NCBI GenBank assembly: GCA_036507075.1
Contig: DASXQR010000110.1
Location: 1-36,390, forward strand
Source of the DNA: Acidobacteriota bacterium
GTDB lineage: Bacteria > Acidobacteriota > UBA6911 > JACQSX01
DNA: 36,390 nt
Direction: 5' to 3'
A program made the translations under genes and the position numbers. Under the pieces are notes generated by a model. It made no database searches. It was not told where the DNA came from and was given only the letters and a program-made list of their open reading frames with translations. Within the stretch, counting starts at the first letter, position 1. Each line of letters starts with the position of its first letter. Below are positions 26,940 to 36,390 of this stretch, in pieces.

Positions 26940-28352
26940 CTAACGACGCTGACGTTGGGCGCGGTTGGCATTACCGGGAATCCAGCGGGGTTGCTCCAGT
27001 TCTCGGTTCCACGCTTCCCAGGCGGCCGCCAGGTGCCTCACTTTGTCGGGTTCTCTCTCGGCCAAATTGTTCTGTTCTCCGATGTCGGTTGCCAGGTTGT
27101 AAAGGTGAGCACCCTCGGTGCTGGCAGGCGTTCGGCGTTCAATGAAATCCGCTCCAGCCCCTGGGGCCCTTACCAGTTTCCACTCACTTTCGCGGATCGC
27201 CAACTGTGGACCGAATCGCCAGTAAAGCGCACCATGAGGCCTTGCCTTGTTCTTGCGATTTAAATATGGAAGCAGGTCGACGCCATCCAACTTCCATTCC
27301 GGTTTGATATCGACGCGGGCGGCCATCATTGACGTAACAGGAATATCCATCTGGATGACCGGATAATCATAAACCTTCCCGGACGGCAGTTTTCCCTTCC
27401 ATTGCACAATGAAAGGAATGCGGATCCCGCCCTCCCAGGTCTGCGCTTTGAATCCACGCAGCGGATTGTTGCGCGAAGCGTTGACCCGAGTGGGTCCGCC
27501 ATTATCGCTGAAGAAAAAAATCAGTGTGTTCTCCTCCAGGCGCTGCTTGTGCAGCAATGTCAACACACGGCCAACGTTGTCATCGAGAGCGGTGTGCATG
27601 GCGGCAAACGTGCGTCGCAGCGGATCCTGGATGTGGCTGACTCGCGGCATGTACCTTTCGGCAGCCTCCATCGGCCCGTGATCGGCGTTGAAAGCAAGAT
27701 AGAGAAACCACGGCTTTCCCCTGTGTCGTTCGATGAATGAAACGGCTTCGTCCCCGAACATATCCGTAGTGTAAGTCATCTGCCTGACAGGCTCGGTGCC
27801 GCGCATGATCGCGCCGTCGTTGTTGTGCAAATAGCTGTGCGCTCCTCCGAGGAATCCGAAGAACTCGTCGAATCCCCGCTTTTGCGGGTGAAATTCAGGT
27901 CGATATCCCAAGTGCCACTTTCCGACCAATGCGGTGGCATATCCGGCGGCCTTGAGACGATCAGCAAGCGTTGTCTCGGTGAGGGGCAATCCGAAATTGG
28001 GATCGGCAGTGGCTTCCGGCCCGGGATTGAACTCATGACCGAAGCGCTGCTGGTAACGACCCGTCAACAGGGCGGCGCGCGTCGGACTGCAATAAGGCCC
28101 CGAGACATACCCGTTGGTAAAACGGACACCGTTGCGCGCGAGCGAATCGATATTGGGCGTGGGAACATCCTTACAGCCGTTCACTCCGACGTCGGCATAC
28201 CCGAGGTCGTCGGCAACAATAATCAGAATGTTCGGCCGATCGGCCTTGGCCCCCACGCTTCTCCATGGTCCGAAAATAATGGCGACGGAAACTACGACCA
28301 GCAGAAACAGTAAACTCTTAACGCGCCGCATTGGTGCTGTTTTTTGCGTCAT
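26940..28352 (-). CDS. Secreted arylsulfatase-A-like (formylglycine-dependent) sulfatase
   Basis: Signal peptide; PNILIIVADDLG, CSPTRAALLTGR, GKWHLG, SDNGG and EGGIRIPF motifs. Confidence 0.95.
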   Translation of the reverse strand: MTQKTAPMRRVKSLLFLLVVVSVAIIFGPWRSVGAKADRPNILIIVADDLGYADVGVNGCKDVPTPNIDSLARNGVRFTNGYVSGPYCSPTRAALLTGRYQQRFGHEFNPGPEATADPNFGLPLTETTLADRLKAAGYATALVGKWHLGYRPEFHPQKRGFDEFFGFLGGAHSYLHNNDGAIMRGTEPVRQMTYTTDMFGDEAVSFIERHRGKPWFLYLAFNADHGPMEAAERYMPRVSHIQDPLRRTFAAMHTALDDNVGRVLTLLHKQRLEENTLIFFFSDNGGPTRVNASRNNPLRGFKAQTWEGGIRIPFIVQWKGKLPSGKVYDYPVIQMDIPVTSMMAARVDIKPEWKLDGVDLLPYLNRKNKARPHGALYWRFGPQLAIRESEWKLVRAPGAGADFIERRTPASTEGAHLYNLATDIGEQNNLAEREPDKVRHLAAAWEAWNRELEQPRWIPGNANRAQRQRR

Positions 28353-28416
28353 GAATATAGCCCCTCGCGAATCCTCTCTGACACGGCATCCGCGTTTCTA
28401 CGAGCGTGGGAGTAAG

Positions 28417-28733
28417 GACCCAATGCCCATATCCGAGCCGCGGGCGTACGCAAGCGGACCCTCCGCTGGTAGTTTGCCACGAATGCACGAAGACAGGAAG
28501 GACAACGACCCAATGCCCATATCCGAACCGCGCGCGTAAGCAAGCGGACCCTGCGCGGGTAGTTTGCCACGAAGGCACGAAGACAGGAAGGACAACGATT
28601 GCCTTAGAAGTGCCACTTCTCCGACAACCTGGATCGAGTTATGAGAAGTGTTACGTCAAAATGAACAGCGATTCTTCGTGGCTTCGTGGCAAATCCCCGC
28701 GGAGGGTCCGCTTGCTTACGCGCGCGGCTCGGA
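28417..28733. repeat. Composite repeat: 90-bp tandem duplication (28417-28506, 28507-28596) plus inverted arm (28674-28733)
   Basis: Each unit contains ccgagccgcgggcgtacgcaagcggaccc and tttgccacgaa.gcacgaag; the right arm is the reverse complement. Confidence 0.88.
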
Positions 28734-28791
28734 CTCGCTGACTTTTGACCTTTGAGTTTCGATCCTCAACGGACTACTGACAACGGACAGG

Positions 28792-29949
28792 TCAGTCAAC
28801 CTTCTTTCGCAGAAAGGCCGGCACGTCAAAGCCATCCTCACCGGCTGGAATAAAAACCGCGTCCCTTTCCGGCGGCTTGCGTTCCACGATTCTATCGAAG
28901 GGATAAACACCGGTGTGGCGCGCCTTGTCCGTAGAAGGCAACGTGGCGCGGCCGGAAGGAAAATCAAATCCGGTGGCGATCACCGTGATTTTCACCCGCT
29001 CTTCCATTGCATCATCAAACACTGAGCCAAAGATAATGTTGGCATCCGGATCCGCCGACTCGCGAATAATGCTGGTGGCCTCGCTGACTTCATGCAGAGT
29101 CATGCTGTTGCTGCCGGTGATATTAATCAGCACTCCCTTGGCGCCGTGAATGGATGTTTCCTCCAGTAAAGGGCTGCTGATCGCTTTCTGGGCAGCCACG
29201 ACAGCGCGATTCGCGCCGGTTGCGATACCGGTGCCCATCAGCGCCATTCCCATTCCGGTCATGATCGTCCGCACGTCGGCGAAATCCAGATTAATCACGC
29301 CCGTTACAGTAATCAGATCGGAAATGCCCTGCACCGCCTGCCGCAGGATGTCGTCGGCGATTTTGAAGGCTTCCTGCAGCGTGGTTCCCGGTTCAACGGT
29401 ATGCAGAAGACGCTCATTGGGAATCGTAATAACGGTGTCCACGGAGTCTTTAAGTTCTGCCAGCCCCGCTTCCGCCTGCGCCATGCGGCGTTTTCCTTCA
29501 AAGTGAAACGGCTTTGTCACCACAGCCACTGTTAAGGCGCTCAACTCTGACGCAAGGCTGGCGATGATGGGAGCCGCGCCCGTCCCTGTTCCACCTCCCA
29601 ATCCTGCGGTGATAAAAACCATGTCGCATCCATCCACCAGCTCGATGATTTTCTCCGTATCTTCCAATGCCGCCTGACGGCCGACCTCGGGGTTGGCGCC
29701 GGCGCCCAACCCCTTTGTCAGGCGCGAGCCGAGTTGCAGCTTTACCGGAGCCAGCGAGGTGCGCAGCGCCTGCAAATCGGTGTTGGCCGAAATGAACTCA
29801 ATCCCCTGAATGCCTGATTCGATCATTCGATTTATGGCATTGCCGCCGCCACCGCCGATCCCGACCACTTTGATGCGAGCGCCGTTGGGCGGGCCTTCAT
29901 CAAATGAGAATCGAATATTCTGGTCATCGTCGCGCCGTTCCTTCAGCAT
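28792..29949 (-). CDS. ftsZ: Cell division protein FtsZ
   Basis: [32 protein letters not shown] and C-terminal DVPAFLRK. Confidence 0.98.
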   Translation of the reverse strand: MLKERRDDDQNIRFSFDEGPPNGARIKVVGIGGGGGNAINRMIESGIQGIEFISANTDLQALRTSLAPVKLQLGSRLTKGLGAGANPEVGRQAALEDTEKIIELVDGCDMVFITAGLGGGTGTGAAPIIASLASELSALTVAVVTKPFHFEGKRRMAQAEAGLAELKDSVDTVITIPNERLLHTVEPGTTLQEAFKIADDILRQAVQGISDLITVTGVINLDFADVRTIMTGMGMALMGTGIATGANRAVVAAQKAISSPLLEETSIHGAKGVLINITGSNSMTLHEVSEATSIIRESADPDANIIFGSVFDDAMEERVKITVIATGFDFPSGRATLPSTDKARHTGVYPFDRIVERKPPERDAVFIPAGEDGFDVPAFLRKKVD

Positions 29950-29977
29950 AAAACCTCCAAAAATAAGTTAAAGTTTT

Positions 29978-30041
29978 CTTAGTGTCCTTTGTGCCTTTGT
30001 GGTGATTCCTGTCGCACCACGAAGGCACAAAGGACACAAAG
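29978..30041. repeat. Palindromic cacaaag element with arms in reversed order, between ftsA and ftsZ
   Basis: cttagtgtcctttgtgcctttgtggtg ... caccacgaaggcacaaaggacacaaag. Confidence 0.85.
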
Positions 30042-30047
30042 AATCTC

Positions 30048-31295
30048 CTAAGTAAGCAAGTTCAAAAACCAGTGCCGCATCTTTCCCGAGGCCTTGTCGA
30101 ACAATCCCCGCGCCACTTCAGGGCGTATCATCTTCTGGGAGCCGACGGTGCGGGCTTCCTGCGCATAGAGCAACAAGCCAACCGTGGTTGCATATTCCGG
30201 CGCACTCCAGCTCTCGTCCAATCCGGGAAGCTCGACCGGAATGCCGGGTCGGACAGGCATCCCAAGAATGCGTTCCGCCACGGCGTCCATTCCCTGTACT
30301 AAAGACATTCCTCCCGTTAACACCGCGCCGGCCACCAACTCCCGCCTGCATTGCCAGGAGTCGATTTTCTTTTGCACCAGGGTGAAGACTTCTTCGGCCC
30401 GCGCTTGAATTACCTGGCACAGCATCTCGCGGCTGATCAGCCGCATACTGGTGCCGGCCAGTGAACTGACTTCCAGCAGCTCCTCCAGTGCAACCAGCGA
30501 GGCTTCAGCGCACCCGTGCTCCCGCTTGAGTTTTTCTGCTTCCGCCAGCGGTGTTCGTATTCCCACGGAAATGTCCTTTGTGAAATGCTGGCCACCCATG
30601 GGAATCGTCTCGGAGTGGCACAACGTTCCGTGCAGATAGACGGCCACATCCGTAGTGCCGCCGCCAATGTCAATCACCGCCGTGCCCAGATCTTTCTCAT
30701 CCCAGGTAAGCACCGCCATGGCAGCGGCCAGTTGCGGCATGACAGTGCCTGCCACAATCAAGCCGCTTTTGTTGATCACGTTGATGATGTTTTGAACCGT
30801 AGAGGCGGTGTTGACAATCACGTGAATCCGGACACCGAGCTCTTCTCCCATCATCCCGAGTGGATCGGAGATGCCGGATTGTCCGTCGAGTGTAAATTCC
30901 TGCGGCAAAACATGGATCACCACCATCCCTTCGGGGATCTTAAAATTTCTGGCCGCATCGATCGCTCCGTAGATGTCTGACCGGGTTACCTCGCGATTCT
31001 TGTTTCTTATGGGAATGACGCCGTTGCCGTTCATTCCCTGCAGTTGACTGCCCGCCACGGCGACAAACACGGACTCGATGCCGACAGCCGCCTGCCGTTC
31101 CGCTTCCTGAACAGAATTCCTTATGCTTTCCACCAGGTCTGAAATACTTGTCACCACTGCGCGCTTGTATCCTTCTGTTGGTGCAACACCGGCCCCCAGC
31201 ACGCGCATGGAATCCGTATTCAGTTCGGCGATCATGGCGCATGTCTTGGACGCGCCGATGTCGAGGACGGTAATCAGGTTTGTTTTCTTGGCCAT
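30048..31295 (-). CDS. ftsA: Cell division protein FtsA
   Basis: LDIGASK, IHVLPQEF.LDG, DIGGGTT, AEKLK and VLTGG motifs; C-terminal amphipathic helix. Confidence 0.96.
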   Translation of the reverse strand: MAKKTNLITVLDIGASKTCAMIAELNTDSMRVLGAGVAPTEGYKRAVVTSISDLVESIRNSVQEAERQAAVGIESVFVAVAGSQLQGMNGNGVIPIRNKNREVTRSDIYGAIDAARNFKIPEGMVVIHVLPQEFTLDGQSGISDPLGMMGEELGVRIHVIVNTASTVQNIINVINKSGLIVAGTVMPQLAAAMAVLTWDEKDLGTAVIDIGGGTTDVAVYLHGTLCHSETIPMGGQHFTKDISVGIRTPLAEAEKLKREHGCAEASLVALEELLEVSSLAGTSMRLISREMLCQVIQARAEEVFTLVQKKIDSWQCRRELVAGAVLTGGMSLVQGMDAVAERILGMPVRPGIPVELPGLDESWSAPEYATTVGLLLYAQEARTVGSQKMIRPEVARGLFDKASGKMRHWFLNLLT

Positions 31296-31304
31296 CTTTG
31301 GTTG

Positions 31305-31517
31305 TTAGTTGTCAGTGGTCCGTTGTCAGTGGTCCGTTGTCAGTGGTCCGTTGTCAGTGGTCCGTTGTCAGTTGTTCGTTGCCCTTGTCGGCTGAAGGTA
31401 CTTTCCAAGGTTCACTCGATACTCGACATTTGACCCTCGTCACTCCCAGCAACGTCCAACTGACCACGGACAACGGACAGCCTTATTCCGCATTCCACAT
31501 TCCGCATTCCGCATTCG
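31305..31517. repeat. (gtcagtggtccgtt)n 14-mer array with inverted partner (~31458-31479), followed by an attccgc heptamer array
   Basis: Directly visible between ftsQ and ftsA. Confidence 0.85.
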
Positions 31518-31521
31518 GTTC

Positions 31522-32400
31522 TCATCCCGTATGATCATCACGGAGCGCGATTCCCGAATCGTCTCCATTTTTGGTGTGGAAGATGATTTTGTTCTTGACG
31601 CTCAAGTCGACTGAATCCAGCGGGCCGTATTTCGCAGAAAGGCTCGACATCAGCGACAGCTTGGAGAGGAACGTCTGGTATCGCTCGCGATAATCCGAAT
31701 CCCCCACCAACACGCGGATCGGTTGATCCAGAGGTATCAATGCCACCCGGTTTGCATCTGTAACATCGATTTCCGAGACCTTGTCGGACAATTTCTCGGG
31801 GCCTGAATCCAAGTCCGAAAGAACCTGGTGCACAGTATCCATCTTCTGTTGATTGACAGCGCTGGCACTTCCCGCGGCGGCACTTTCAAGCCCGCGTACG
31901 ACGGGGAAATCCAGATGCTGAAACTGCCGGCCATAAGGTCCGAGGATGACGCCCTGTCGGTCGACCAGAAATAATTCCGACTCAATTTTCGCCAGCGCAA
32001 CCGGACGCCGCTCCACCACCAGGATTTTCAGCTTATCCGGCGCCACTCGCATCACCTCAACGGCGCGGACCCATGGTTGTGACTCCACATAGGCACGCAC
32101 CTTGTTCAACCGGATGCGGTAAATATTCCGGGGAAACTCGGACCGAATGACGCGGCGCAACTCGCCCGTGTCAAGATGGCTGCTTCCGAGAATCTGCACC
32201 TCCCTGAGTTCAAAGGCCTGATCGTTGGTGACGAAGATAAAAAAAGCCGTCAGGGCAAACATCAGGACCGTCATCAACATCACCCGCGATGCCCAGACAA
32301 CTACCTTTTTCCACAATGGACGGCTGTCGCGGTGACGCTTGATGTCACGCTTGCGCTGAGCTTTCAGGTGCCGCTCTTCAAAGTCCCTTTCAATTGCCAT
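31522..32400 (-). CDS. ftsQ: Cell division protein FtsQ/DivIB
   Basis: Basic N-terminus, single TM, POTRA domain (PWV..V.V.R..P..L.I.V.ER.P); lies between murC and ftsA; start 32400 or 32406. Confidence 0.9.
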   Translation of the reverse strand: MAIERDFEERHLKAQRKRDIKRHRDSRPLWKKVVVWASRVMLMTVLMFALTAFFIFVTNDQAFELREVQILGSSHLDTGELRRVIRSEFPRNIYRIRLNKVRAYVESQPWVRAVEVMRVAPDKLKILVVERRPVALAKIESELFLVDRQGVILGPYGRQFQHLDFPVVRGLESAAAGSASAVNQQKMDTVHQVLSDLDSGPEKLSDKVSEIDVTDANRVALIPLDQPIRVLVGDSDYRERYQTFLSKLSLMSSLSAKYGPLDSVDLSVKNKIIFHTKNGDDSGIALRDDHTG

Positions 32401-33769
32401 ATTCATCCTTCCGCCTTTGCAGAATTCTTTCGCCGAAGCGGTATACATCTCCTGCTCCGATGGTGATAAACAGATCGCCCTCGCGCAGCGCGGCGGCGAC
32501 CCTTTGTTCGACTTCCGTGTCTGGAACGAAAGTCGCCCCCCCATGCCCCGCGCCGGTTATGGCGGATACGAGTCGCTCCCCCGTGACACCCTCGATGGGC
32601 GGCTCCGACGCGGCGTAGATGTCTGTAACAAAGAGCTGGTCGGCATCTTTGAAGCAGCCCAGAAAAGCATCGAACGCGTCCCGGGTGCGCGTGTAACGAT
32701 GCGGTTGAAACAGAACCACCAACCTCCGCCTCGAATCCTTCGCGGCCCACAAGGTGGCACGAATCTCGGTGGGATGGTGTCCGTAGTCATCATAAAACCA
32801 GACCCCACCGGCTTCGCCTTTCTTCTCCATTCGCCGCGCCACGCCGCGAAAGCGCGACAGGGACTCGACGATCAAATCATCATCGACGCCGATCAGCCGT
32901 GCCACAGCGACTGCCGCCAGCGAGTTCAGAACGTTATGAATTCCGGGAACAGGAAGCCTTACCTGCCGCCAGAGCTTGCCCCCGATAATTACCGGGAAGT
33001 TCGATCCCCGGACAAAATCCATGAATGCATTCGGCGCGCAGATATCAGCACCGCGAGTCCAACCGTACGTTACAGGTTGCCCTTTTATCCTCGGCAGAAT
33101 ACGGGTTGTTCTTTCATCATCGATGCACACCACGCAGCCCCCTGCATCGGCCGCACCTGCAAAGTCAGCGAACGCCTGAACAAGATCTTCCTCGTCACGG
33201 TAAGCGCCCATGTGCTCCAGGTCGATGTTCGTGATTACCGCGCATCGGGGACGAAGCTTGAGAAACGACCGGTCACTTTCATCCGTTTCGGCGACAAGAT
33301 ACTCTCCGCGCCCAATGCGGGCATTGCTTCCGATCTGAACCACGGATCCGCCCACCAGGCACGTCGGATCAAGCCCGGCATCCAGCAAAATCATCGAAAT
33401 CATCGCAGTCGTGGTAGTTTTGCCGTGAGATCCCGCGATGCCGATGCCTCGCTTTTCATTCATCAACCGCGCCAGCAGATCTCCGCGATGGATCACGGAT
33501 ATGCCGCGACGGCGGGCCTCTTTCACCTCGGGGTTGTCGGCTCCAACAGCGGAGCTGATCACGACAAAGTCCGGATTTTCCACGTTTTCTGCGCGGTGCG
33601 CGCCGAGCGAGACACGCGCTCCCCTGGCAGTCAACTGCTGCACCTGCGGCGACGACTTCAGATCGGAGCCAGATACCTGGTGCCCCATGTCGGCAAGCAG
33701 CAGCGCCAGCCCGCTCATGCCAATTCCTCCAATTCCGACAAAGTGCACATGTGATTTTTTTTCCAACAT
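32390..33769 (-). CDS. murC: UDP-N-acetylmuramate--L-alanine ligase
   Basis: HFVGIGGIGMSGLA, GSHGKTTTT, ETDESD, DDYGHHPTEI and FQPHRYTRT motifs. Confidence 0.97.
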   Translation of the reverse strand: MLEKKSHVHFVGIGGIGMSGLALLLADMGHQVSGSDLKSSPQVQQLTARGARVSLGAHRAENVENPDFVVISSAVGADNPEVKEARRRGISVIHRGDLLARLMNEKRGIGIAGSHGKTTTTAMISMILLDAGLDPTCLVGGSVVQIGSNARIGRGEYLVAETDESDRSFLKLRPRCAVITNIDLEHMGAYRDEEDLVQAFADFAGAADAGGCVVCIDDERTTRILPRIKGQPVTYGWTRGADICAPNAFMDFVRGSNFPVIIGGKLWRQVRLPVPGIHNVLNSLAAVAVARLIGVDDDLIVESLSRFRGVARRMEKKGEAGGVWFYDDYGHHPTEIRATLWAAKDSRRRLVVLFQPHRYTRTRDAFDAFLGCFKDADQLFVTDIYAASEPPIEGVTGERLVSAITGAGHGGATFVPDTEVEQRVAAALREGDLFITIGAGDVYRFGERILQRRKDEYGN

Positions 33770-33775
33770 GATTCT

Positions 33776-33839
33776 TTTCACCACAAAGGCACAAAGAGCA
33801 CGAAGATCACGTCTGTGCGCTTTGTGCCTTTGTGGTGAA
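33776..33839. repeat. Palindromic accacaaag element spanning the murG stop / murC leader
   Basis: ttcaccacaaaggcacaaagagcac ... gtgcgctttgtgcctttgtggtgaa. Confidence 0.85.
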
Positions 33840-34949
33840 TTCTTTGTCCACCAACCCCAGAGCCAGCTCGATAATCATTTCCGCGCTGCGGGGGTTGGCG
33901 AATTCCCGAATTGCAGACTCCATGGAGCGCCGTCGCTCCGGATCGCGCAACAAGTCGGCCACCGCCTCGAAAAGACTCCGGGCGCTGAGATCCGATTGCG
34001 GCAGCATCCGTGCCGCTCCTCTGGCCTCCAAGCTCCTCGCGTTAATGGTCTGGTGATCGTCCGAAGCAAAGGGAAACGGAACCAGAATGGCGCATTTCCC
34101 GGACGCAGAGAGCTCAGCCAGAGTCGAGGCTCCGGCGCGGCAAACAACCACTGTGGCCGAAGACATCATCTGGGACATGCGCTCGATAAAGGGCTCCACC
34201 CTCCACCAGTCACTTGCATGCTGCCGGTACTTTGCGTATTCCCCTTCTCCCGTCTGATGAATTACCTGCAAAGCGGGGAAAGCCTCCTTCAGAAGCGGTA
34301 TCGCTTCTGCGGCTACCGTATTAATCGCCCGGCTTCCCTGGCTGCCGCCGAAGATCAGCAGCCTGGGAACGTGGTCGCCACCGCCGGCCGCCTTTGTCTC
34401 AAGCTCGATGGCGTTGGGTGTCGCCGCCTGAAAGAATTCCTTTCGCACCGGAATGCCGGTCAAACGCATCTTTCGCCCAAAATACTGATGTGAATCCGGG
34501 AAAGCCACGGCGGCCACCCGGATAAAGCGCGACAGCCAACGGTTTGTGATTCCCGGTTTTGCGTTTGGTTCGACGATCATGGTGGGAACGCGCTGCAAGC
34601 TCGCCGCCACGATGGCCGGACCCGAGCTGTAGCCTCCCACGCCGATAGCTACATCCGGTTTGAATCTCTGATTGATTCTCACACAGCGAAACAACGATGC
34701 CGGCAGTTGGAAAACATTCTTCAGCCTGGTAGTCATCGAGACGCCCTTGAGCTGCGACAGCTCCAAAAGCTCCAGCGCAATGCCGGCCTGGGGCACCAAT
34801 CGTTCTTCCAGACGTCCCCGCGCGCCCACGAACAAGACATCACCCGAGGTCCTCCGCTTCCATTCCTCGGCCAGTGAAATCCCGATGAAAATATGTCCTC
34901 CGGTTCCACCGCCTGCGATCAGCAGGCGCAACACGTGGTCTTCAACCAT
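33807..34949 (-). CDS. murG: Lipid II GlcNAc transferase MurG
   Basis: AGGGTGGH, GGY.SGP, GGSQGS, CRAGAST and DHQT.NA motifs; start uncertain (34949 or 34985). Confidence 0.96.
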   Translation of the reverse strand: MVEDHVLRLLIAGGGTGGHIFIGISLAEEWKRRTSGDVLFVGARGRLEERLVPQAGIALELLELSQLKGVSMTTRLKNVFQLPASLFRCVRINQRFKPDVAIGVGGYSSGPAIVAASLQRVPTMIVEPNAKPGITNRWLSRFIRVAAVAFPDSHQYFGRKMRLTGIPVRKEFFQAATPNAIELETKAAGGGDHVPRLLIFGGSQGSRAINTVAAEAIPLLKEAFPALQVIHQTGEGEYAKYRQHASDWWRVEPFIERMSQMMSSATVVVCRAGASTLAELSASGKCAILVPFPFASDDHQTINARSLEARGAARMLPQSDLSARSLFEAVADLLRDPERRRSMESAIREFANPRSAEMIIELALGLVDKEFTTKAQSAQT

Positions 34950-34981
34950 CACGATCAACCGACACAAAGCAGCCCATACGC

Positions 34982-36145
34982 TCACGGTTTGATGCCGGCA
35001 GGAGCCGGAGCTCTACTGATGGGGATCGAAGGCTTGTTTCTCTGGAGTCTCCGGACGGAGTGTGCCGAGACATTCAGAAGCAACCCCATGCCCAGAAGTG
35101 TCGCCATCAGCGAAGAGCCTCCCATGCTGATAAGAGGAAGCGGCAGCCCCTTGTTAGGCATCAGACTGAGGACCACGCTCATATTGATCATGGATTGAAT
35201 CACCACCAGGTTGGTGAGCCCGAGAGCAAGGTAATAACCAAATTCATCGCGCGCCCTGACTGCAATCTTCAAACCACGCCAGAACAACAATAGAAACAGG
35301 ACCAGCACCAGAGCGCATCCCCAAAGTCCGAGCTCTTCCCCAATGACGGCATAAATAAAGTCGGTGTGAGGCATGGGCAGGAAGAAAAGTTTCTGCTTTC
35401 CGTTTGCCAGGCCGGCTCCCCAGGGACCGCCGCTTCCAATCGTAATCAGTGACTGGCGAATCTGATAGCCGATACCCAGCGGATCGCCCAGCGGATCCAG
35501 AAACGCAAGCATCCGGTTGCGACGATAGGCCACGCTGAACACGAGCAGGTACATTGCAGGCAGTGCCGCTGCCAGCGCGATCACCACATAACGCAGGCAC
35601 AACCCGGCAGCCAGCAGCATAATGGTCGCGATCAGCAGGATAAAAGTGCTGGTTCCCAGGTCTGGTTCTTTCAAGATCAGGCCCGCCAGCAGCCCCACAG
35701 GAATGACACAGGGCAACAGCCCTCTTTTCAGATCGTTAATCTGTTCATCTCTGCGGCTGAGATAAAAAGCCAGAAAGACCACAACAAAAAGCTTCACAAA
35801 TTCAGAAGGCTGGAGAGAGAGGGCGGCCAGGCGTATCCAGCGCCTGGCGCCATTCGCGGGATGAAAATAGAAGACAGCCGACAGCGCAGCGATCGCCAGG
35901 CAGAATGCCGGTATCAGAATCTTGTGCGAATCGAGCCGGCGATAATCGATTCTGATTGCCGCGATCATCAACATCAGGCCTCCGAGGGCGCAGCATGCCT
36001 GTCGCACGACAAAGTAATAGCTGTTGCCGAGAGACTCCCGCGCCATCACCATAGAGGCGCTGTAGCCCATGGTGAGGCCACAGAAAAGCAATGCCAGGGT
36101 TATCCAGAGCAGAGGCCTGTCCATTCTATTGTCAGTTGGTTGCAT
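34982..36145 (-). CDS. ftsW: SEDS peptidoglycan polymerase FtsW
   Basis: NGARRW, QPSEFVK, EPDLG, GYQ, HTDFI, GEELG and LPLISMGGSS motifs; start 36145 or GTG 36190. Confidence 0.95.
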   Translation of the reverse strand: MQPTDNRMDRPLLWITLALLFCGLTMGYSASMVMARESLGNSYYFVVRQACCALGGLMLMIAAIRIDYRRLDSHKILIPAFCLAIAALSAVFYFHPANGARRWIRLAALSLQPSEFVKLFVVVFLAFYLSRRDEQINDLKRGLLPCVIPVGLLAGLILKEPDLGTSTFILLIATIMLLAAGLCLRYVVIALAAALPAMYLLVFSVAYRRNRMLAFLDPLGDPLGIGYQIRQSLITIGSGGPWGAGLANGKQKLFFLPMPHTDFIYAVIGEELGLWGCALVLVLFLLLFWRGLKIAVRARDEFGYYLALGLTNLVVIQSMINMSVVLSLMPNKGLPLPLISMGGSSLMATLLGMGLLLNVSAHSVRRLQRNKPSIPISRAPAPAGIKP

Positions 36146-36194
36146 CCGTTTATCTACAGTCCGGAGCCTTTCACTCGTGACTAGATCCACTTTC

Positions 36195-36387
36195 GATTGC
36201 GGAAATCGGAATGCGGAATGCGGAATAAGTATCGGTACTCATTTTGACCACGAATCGGTTCTCTGTCGTATTCCCAACTCCCTATCCCGCATTCCGCATT
36301 CCCCATTCCCCATTCCGCATTCCGCATTCCGCATTCCGCATTCCCCATTCCAAATTCCACATTCCGCATTTCAAATTCCGCATTCAA
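36195..36387. repeat. Inverted heptamer arrays (gaatgcg)n ... (attccgc/attcccc)n
   Basis: Short left array at 36197-36225 and long right array at ~36287-36385. Confidence 0.85.
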
Positions 36388-36390
36388 TAT

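Noticed and set aside
28417..28598. Possible mini-CRISPR or small ORFs in the 90-bp duplication
   Set aside because: Only two near-identical units with no distinct spacers; the ORFs are translations of repeat DNA
32417..34493. Long plus-strand ORFs (445 aa and 351 aa)
   Set aside because: Antisense to murC/murG in GC-rich DNA, with no recognisable motifs
36181..36387. 68-aa ORF with MRNAE/MGNAE repeats
   Set aside because: Translation of the heptamer array, not a credible gene

Overview
GC-rich bacterial chromosomal window, probably Acidobacteriota (inferred from the VWFA-type protein, futalosine-pathway mqnA, dcw gene order and repeat families). It holds a minus-strand mqnA-speB-namZ-macro-CYTH-murU-amgK run, a polar amino-acid ABC transporter, dprA-topA, two peptidases, an EF-G paralog, rluD, VWA and GT2 genes, a sulfatase and the end of the dcw cluster (ftsW-murG-murC-ftsQ-ftsA-ftsZ). 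Many intergenic spaces are filled with palindromic or tandem repeats. The standout locus is 21527-26806 on the minus strand. A sigma70-type promoter is followed by two tandem c-di-GMP-I (GEMM)-like riboswitches, then a secreted S8 protease with a tail of 12 (SD)LITWTN repeats. Next come two tiny ORFs absent from the ORF track, each with a strong RBS and the matching motif (MNTQIVYWTNQIVYWTT and MIIRSIVYWTT), and finally a multi-TM HD-GYP-GAF-GGDEF protein. This looks like a peptide-signal / c-di-GMP feedback module that I do not recognise as characterised. A second oddity is a palindromic DNA repeat that appears to supply the signal peptides of two unrelated exported proteins.
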